Source: Amoebophrya sp. A120
Lineage: Eukaryota > Protista > Dinoflagellata
Assembly (NCBI GenBank): GCA_905178155.1
Contig: CAJINV010000038.1
Coordinates: forward strand, 1 to 11,428
Length of the DNA stretch: 11,428 bases
Reading direction: 5' to 3'
Of this stretch, positions 7,758-11,428 are shown one piece after another (position 1 is the stretch's first letter; every line of letters starts with the position of its first letter). The translations under genes and the position numbers were made by a program. The notes under the pieces were generated by a model. It was given only the letters and a program-made list of their open reading frames with translations, did no database searches and had not been told where the DNA came from.

Positions 7758-9596
7758 ATGTCATTCTTTATTTCCCGCTCTACGCCGCCTGTCTCCATGC
7801 GGCGCGCCTCGACCCCGAGGCTGACCATCCTGAACATCCGCGACATAGATGCCGCCTGGTGGCAACTGCGGAACTTCATCACCGAGAAAACCGGGATTTA
7901 CCCCCAAAACGTCAACATTATTTGGGGCATGATGAAGAGCTGGGCGACGGTGGAATTTGACACGGTGGAGGAAGCGCAGCAGTGCATTGACAAGTGCGAC
8001 GAACAGGAATTCCGCGGGGCAATTATCACGGTCAGGCAGGACCGCGAGGACCGGTCGCTGGAGATTTTCTGCACGGACTGCCGACAAAAAAGGAAGTGCG
8101 CAAAAACCGGGTTCTGGTACCGGCAGAATCAGTGGTATTGCAGCGGCTGCACGGTTTTTGAGGAATTGCGGCTATTCCCCATCTTCGACACCAACACGCA
8201 TTTAGAATACATCATGGACAAGCAGTTCTACTATCCGGACGAGGAAATCGCGGAGGCTGTTGCAGCTCTCCCCCTAAAAACCACGCCGAGCTTCTCCGTT
8301 ATTACCTGCTGTACGAAGCTGGACCAGATCGACAACTGCCTGCGGTTGGTAAAGAACGGCCAAGGGCACGTGCTGGCCAGCTTCGGAACGCATCCGAAGA
8401 ACGCACTGTACGACTGGGACGAGAACATGGCGGCCATGATGATGGACGCGGTGGAAAAGTGCAGACGGGAGAATGGAGAAAAGTCTGTCGTTGCCTGGGG
8501 CGAGACCGGGTTGGATTTCGCGGGATACGAGCAGCTACCAGACCAAGAGTACGTGAGGAGCACGATTGAGAAGCAGAAGTTGGTTTTTCAGGAAAACATC
8601 GCGATCGCGAAGAAACTACAAGTTCCGCTGAAGCTCCACAGCCGCGATTGCGAAAGAGATTTTCTGGAATTCATCGAGAGGAACTTAGACCCTGACTACC
8701 CGTTTCACTGGCACGCGGTGATTGCTTCGATCCCTGCGATTCTCCGCTGTTTGGCCCGGTTTTCGAATTGCTACTTCGGCATTTGCGGCGCGGTCTGCTT
8801 TCCCTACGCGGACGACTGGGACTTGCCGAATCAGTTGGAGGAGGGGCGGCAAGATAATGTTGATATGACCGGTGGAACCACTAGCACGACTACTTCTAAT
8901 ATAAAGCTGAACCTGTACGACATGGTAAAAGCGATCCCCCTCGACCGGATTCTGTTGGAGACCGACGCGCCGAATTTCGCCACGAAAACCGGCTCGCCCG
9001 CGGACGTGCTGGAGATCGCAAATTACATCAGCTGGCTGAAAGAGGTCAAAGTGGAGGAAGTGATCCGGGTCACGAGCGAGAACGCCTTCAAACTTTACGG
9101 CGTTCGAGCGAAGGAGAGAGACGCTGGCAATATGAAAAGTTCACGCTATATTAAAAACGACGTGCGCATGGATGGAAATGAGCAAGCGCAACTTTTTCCG
9201 TCCCGCTACACGCTAGATAAATGGAAAGAGGAGAAGAAAAAAGAAGCAGCGATGGCGGGGAGTGGAGGGAGGGGAGCAAACTGCATAATTGGCATTTCTA
9301 GTCCGTGTTCCACTTCCACCACATCGGCCACGACCACTGATAGCACGAGACAGCCACAGATTACGCAGGTGAAGAGCCTGAGGAGTGGGGGCGATGTGAC
9401 AAAAATCGGGAGCGACAGCATTTTCAACCCCTTTGGCATGAAGAAGGTTCTACGAGTGAAGAAGAAAGGCACTACAGGTGGAACGAGCGCCGGAGGTGCC
9501 TTGACGTCTTCCGGAGCGTCCGCTGGGCCAAACTCGTCCGGCACGACGAGAAAGACCGCGACTTTGCCCAAAAATTCCTCTGCGAATGGCGGCTGA
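7758..9596 (+). CDS. tatD: TatD-family (TATDN2-like) nuclease fused to an N-terminal RRM and a C4 zinc ribbon, with a low-complexity C-terminal tail
   Basis: TatD motifs at 8181-9101 are IFDTNTHL, SFGTHP, AWGETGLDF, PLKLHSRD, PDYPFHWH, IPLDRILLETDAP and ENAFKLYG. The RRM is at 7821-8051 (WATVEFDTVEEAQQCI...FRGAIITVRQDRED). CxxC-x19-CxxC is at 8070-8150. The first ATG is at 7758 (612 aa), whereas the ORF-track start at 7668 is TTG. Confidence 0.92.
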   Translation: MSFFISRSTPPVSMRRASTPRLTILNIRDIDAAWWQLRNFITEKTGIYPQNVNIIWGMMKSWATVEFDTVEEAQQCIDKCDEQEFRGAIITVRQDREDRSLEIFCTDCRQKRKCAKTGFWYRQNQWYCSGCTVFEELRLFPIFDTNTHLEYIMDKQFYYPDEEIAEAVAALPLKTTPSFSVITCCTKLDQIDNCLRLVKNGQGHVLASFGTHPKNALYDWDENMAAMMMDAVEKCRRENGEKSVVAWGETGLDFAGYEQLPDQEYVRSTIEKQKLVFQENIAIAKKLQVPLKLHSRDCERDFLEFIERNLDPDYPFHWHAVIASIPAILRCLARFSNCYFGICGAVCFPYADDWDLPNQLEEGRQDNVDMTGGTTSTTTSNIKLNLYDMVKAIPLDRILLETDAPNFATKTGSPADVLEIANYISWLKEVKVEEVIRVTSENAFKLYGVRAKERDAGNMKSSRYIKNDVRMDGNEQAQLFPSRYTLDKWKEEKKKEAAMAGSGGRGANCIIGISSPCSTSTTSATTTDSTRQPQITQVKSLRSGGDVTKIGSDSIFNPFGMKKVLRVKKKGTTGGTSAGGALTSSGASAGPNSSGTTRKTATLPKNSSANGG

Positions 9597-9966
9597 AGGG
9601 TTGCAGAGTCAGCAGCTACGATTATATACTGAATACGGCCTATTTGATAAAGCGGAAGGATTCACCAAAGTTGTGATCCCATACAGAGATCATATTTTGA
9701 TTGTACCTGATCCCACATTCACCACAAACAAGATTCGTTCAAGAGGCTTGATGTTGATGAGCAACATCCTGAATGCATTTCTTCGACAACAAGATGACCA
9801 AATTGGAGTGATATTACAACTTCATACTTCGGTCTCTTTATTCGAAAACGATGGAACATCAAAGGCACTGACGCAGGGGATGACTCTGCAAAAATGGAGA
9901 AGCGTCGTTTCATGTTCCAGTATTGCGTCCCCTGATTTTGTTTTTCCGATAGAAGATGGGTCCTAA
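9586..9966 (+). CDS. Hypothetical 126-aa ORF overlapping the TatD-fusion stop; may be a separate gene or a further exon
   Basis: Starts ATG GCG GCT GAA and has ordinary globular composition. It overlaps the upstream ORF by 11 nt and is followed by an A11 run at 9970-9980. No family recognised. Confidence 0.35.
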   Translation: MAAEGLQSQQLRLYTEYGLFDKAEGFTKVVIPYRDHILIVPDPTFTTNKIRSRGLMLMSNILNAFLRQQDDQIGVILQLHTSVSLFENDGTSKALTQGMTLQKWRSVVSCSSIASPDFVFPIEDGS

Positions 9967-10105
9967 ACACAAAAAAAAAACAAGAAGGTCGATAGATCTC
10001 GATGGATTCACAACTCTCTTACGGATCTGGACTGATTTCCGATAGAAAATGGACATACAACTCAACATAGAAATAGAATGGTCGATCTCGATGGATTGAT
10101 GGTTC
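9933..10105. repeat. Degenerate tandem duplication, period ~93 bp
   Basis: TTTCCGATAGAARATGG occurs at 9943 and 10036. GGTCGA(TAGA)TCTCGATGGATT occurs at 9987 and 10080. Both pairs are 93 bp apart. Confidence 0.65.
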
Positions 10106-10152
10106 ATCAATTCTCCTATCTATGTAATTTTCTAAATTCGACTTTGGAAATT

Positions 10153-10495
10153 TCAGTCCAAGAAAGAAAATGAAAACGGCGTCGTCCGCCGTTGGATACT
10201 TTTTCTTAAGCAGATCCCCTCTGGTGTTGATTGTCCACAAGCATCATATTGGCATTGCCAACAGGCATCAAACGCACAGACCCATTTTATTTTGAATCTG
10301 TCGACGCAGGGGTTAGCTGCACTGGAGCTGCTTTTGCTGAGCTCGTGTGCTTCCTGTGCAAAGGAATCTGAAAGGTCCAATTGCATAAGTGAAAGTCATC
10401 TCCTCTTGCAGAAAGCTTCTACAGTATACCAGAACAGCGATGGTTTCCGAGTAAGTGCACGTAGGAATCTGTGCTGCTGCACCTTTATTGATCAT
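10153..10495 (-). CDS. Possible small spliced Cys-rich gene or gene remnant (ZZ/C1-like CWQCQYDAC motif)
   Basis: ORFs 10313-10495 and 10153-10386 join in frame through a 76-nt GTATAC...TTTGCACAG intron (10429-10354), giving ~88 aa with WVC-x4-CWQCQYDAC-x8-C. Confidence 0.3.
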
Positions 10496-10682
10496 GGGTG
10501 AGCAACTTTCAGTTTGCGATTTTTACAGAATGCAAAAAAATAGAGAGTCTGAAAGAACACTTCAGTCTGTCGGCGCATTCGTAGACTTTGCAAAATTTAG
10601 GTTCTTGTCAACCGAATTTTCACGGTGTGAAGACAATCAACGACGAAGAAACGCGGGCGGTGTGAACACTGGCCATCTTGGA

Positions 10683-11070
10683 TGTCAAGCAGAATCTAGG
10701 TGGGATTCAGTGTTTCTTAGTCGCAATCAATCTATGGTGACTATCGTCACAGCCTGTGGGGAAAAATTTAGCGTTCCAGACAACACACAAATTTTGACGT
10801 CTCAGTCAGGGGGTAAACATGAAAGTTCAAATTTGTTCTAATCACCCTAAATTTATGAGAAATCCGATCAACCATCGTTGATCATCACTAGCTTACAGTG
10901 TGGGTTTAGAATGAACTTCATTTTTGGTTCATTTGTATGAACATGCTGATTTCACATTGGATCAAAATTTGAACGACAAATTTAGAGCCTGACTTCAATG
11001 AACATTCAATTTAGGTCGTAGGGAATTTGCTTGGCTTATGATCCTGGTGGATTTCATATCTTGCCTAACA
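10683..11070 (-). repeat. Putative 3' LTR (~388 bp)
   Basis: It starts TGTTAGGCAAG on the minus strand at 11070, directly after the PPT (well supported). The best distal end is ...TGCTTGACA (plus TGTCAAGCA at 10683, a 7/9 inverted match to TGTTAGGCA), which is tentative. Confidence 0.6.
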
Positions 11071-11081
11071 TTCCCCCTTCC
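11071..11081 (-). promoter_or_regulatory. Polypurine tract (plus-strand primer) GGAAGGGGGAA
   Basis: An 11-purine run on the minus strand abuts TGTT, 69 nt after the pol stop. Confidence 0.85.
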
Positions 11082-11149
11082 GAATGAACATTAAATCATC
11101 GAAATGAATCAGATGAGATGACTTTGTGTGAAATTCGCATCAATCAATC

Positions 11150-11428
11150 CTAGAGATTATTGAAGTCAACAAAGTGGGCTTTCGCAAATACTTCATTAGC
11201 TTTTCGTGCGGGAGCTTTGAAGATTTGGATATACTTCTCTCCTGGAAGTGGTTTGGTCAATCCATCCGCTAGATTGATGTCCGTGCTTACATAGCACAAG
11301 TCTTTTACGTAGTCTCGTACTAGGTGTAGTCGAAGACTCATGTGCTTGGATCTTTTCGTGGCTACGGTTGTCTGACTCAACGCAAGCGCGGACTTGTTGT
11401 CGTTGAAGATCAACGGTAGAGATCCTGA
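11150..11428 (-). CDS. pol: Ty1/copia Pol polyprotein, RNase H C-terminal part (5'-truncated by the window)
   Basis: IFNDNKSALAL...KRSKHMSLRLHLVRD...YVSTDINLADGLTKPL matches the Ty1/copia RNase H signature (DNxSA, RxKH...H..RD, ADxxTKPL). The frame is open to the window edge. Confidence 0.95.
   Translation of the reverse strand, partial: SGSLPLIFNDNKSALALSQTTVATKRSKHMSLRLHLVRDYVKDLCYVSTDINLADGLTKPLPGEKYIQIFKAPARKANEVFAKAHFVDFNNL

Larger units (their letters stand above)
10683..11428 (-). mobile_element. 3' end of a Ty1/copia LTR retrotransposon (continues beyond the window)
   Basis: A copia-type RNase H C-terminus, a short 3' spacer, a polypurine tract and a TG-initiated LTR lie in canonical order on the minus strand. 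The left boundary is inferred. Confidence 0.88.

Noticed and set aside
7694-9571. Antisense and alternate-frame ORFs within the RRM-TatD gene
   Set aside because: Shadows of the well-supported plus-strand CDS.
9970-9980. A11 run as the poly(A) tail of a retrocopied TatD gene
   Set aside because: The run is short, no flanking target-site duplication is visible, and it sits inside a local duplication. The evidence is insufficient.
10455-10841. 128-aa plus-strand ORF
   Set aside because: It starts at GTG, has no motif, and crosses the inferred LTR boundary, so it is probably a chance frame.

Overview
This looks like eukaryotic, probably protist, genomic DNA (inferred from candidate GT-AG introns, low-complexity proteins and a Ty1/copia end). 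From left to right: (1) 1-1950 is a composite tandem-repeat block, with three 69-bp units followed by about seven ~240-bp units, each carrying a length-invariant core of nested A/T-rich palindromes. The many overlapping ORFs there are artefacts of the repeat. (2) ~2973-6445 (+) is a large, mostly disordered and probably nuclear protein gene. Its main ORF (3343-6189) can be extended at both ends by canonical introns and contains a Cys/His domain with a cereblon/Yippee-like CxxC-x3-IGWK motif. (3) 7758-9596 (+) encodes an unusual RRM + C4 zinc-ribbon + TatD (TATDN2-like) nuclease fusion with an NxH in place of the HxH motif, and a 126-aa ORF overlaps its stop. (4) A degenerate ~93-bp duplication and a possible small spliced Cys-rich gene (-) follow. 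(5) The right end is the 3' end of a Ty1/copia LTR retrotransposon on the minus strand (RNase H, PPT, 3' LTR). All calls were made by eye, with no searches run.
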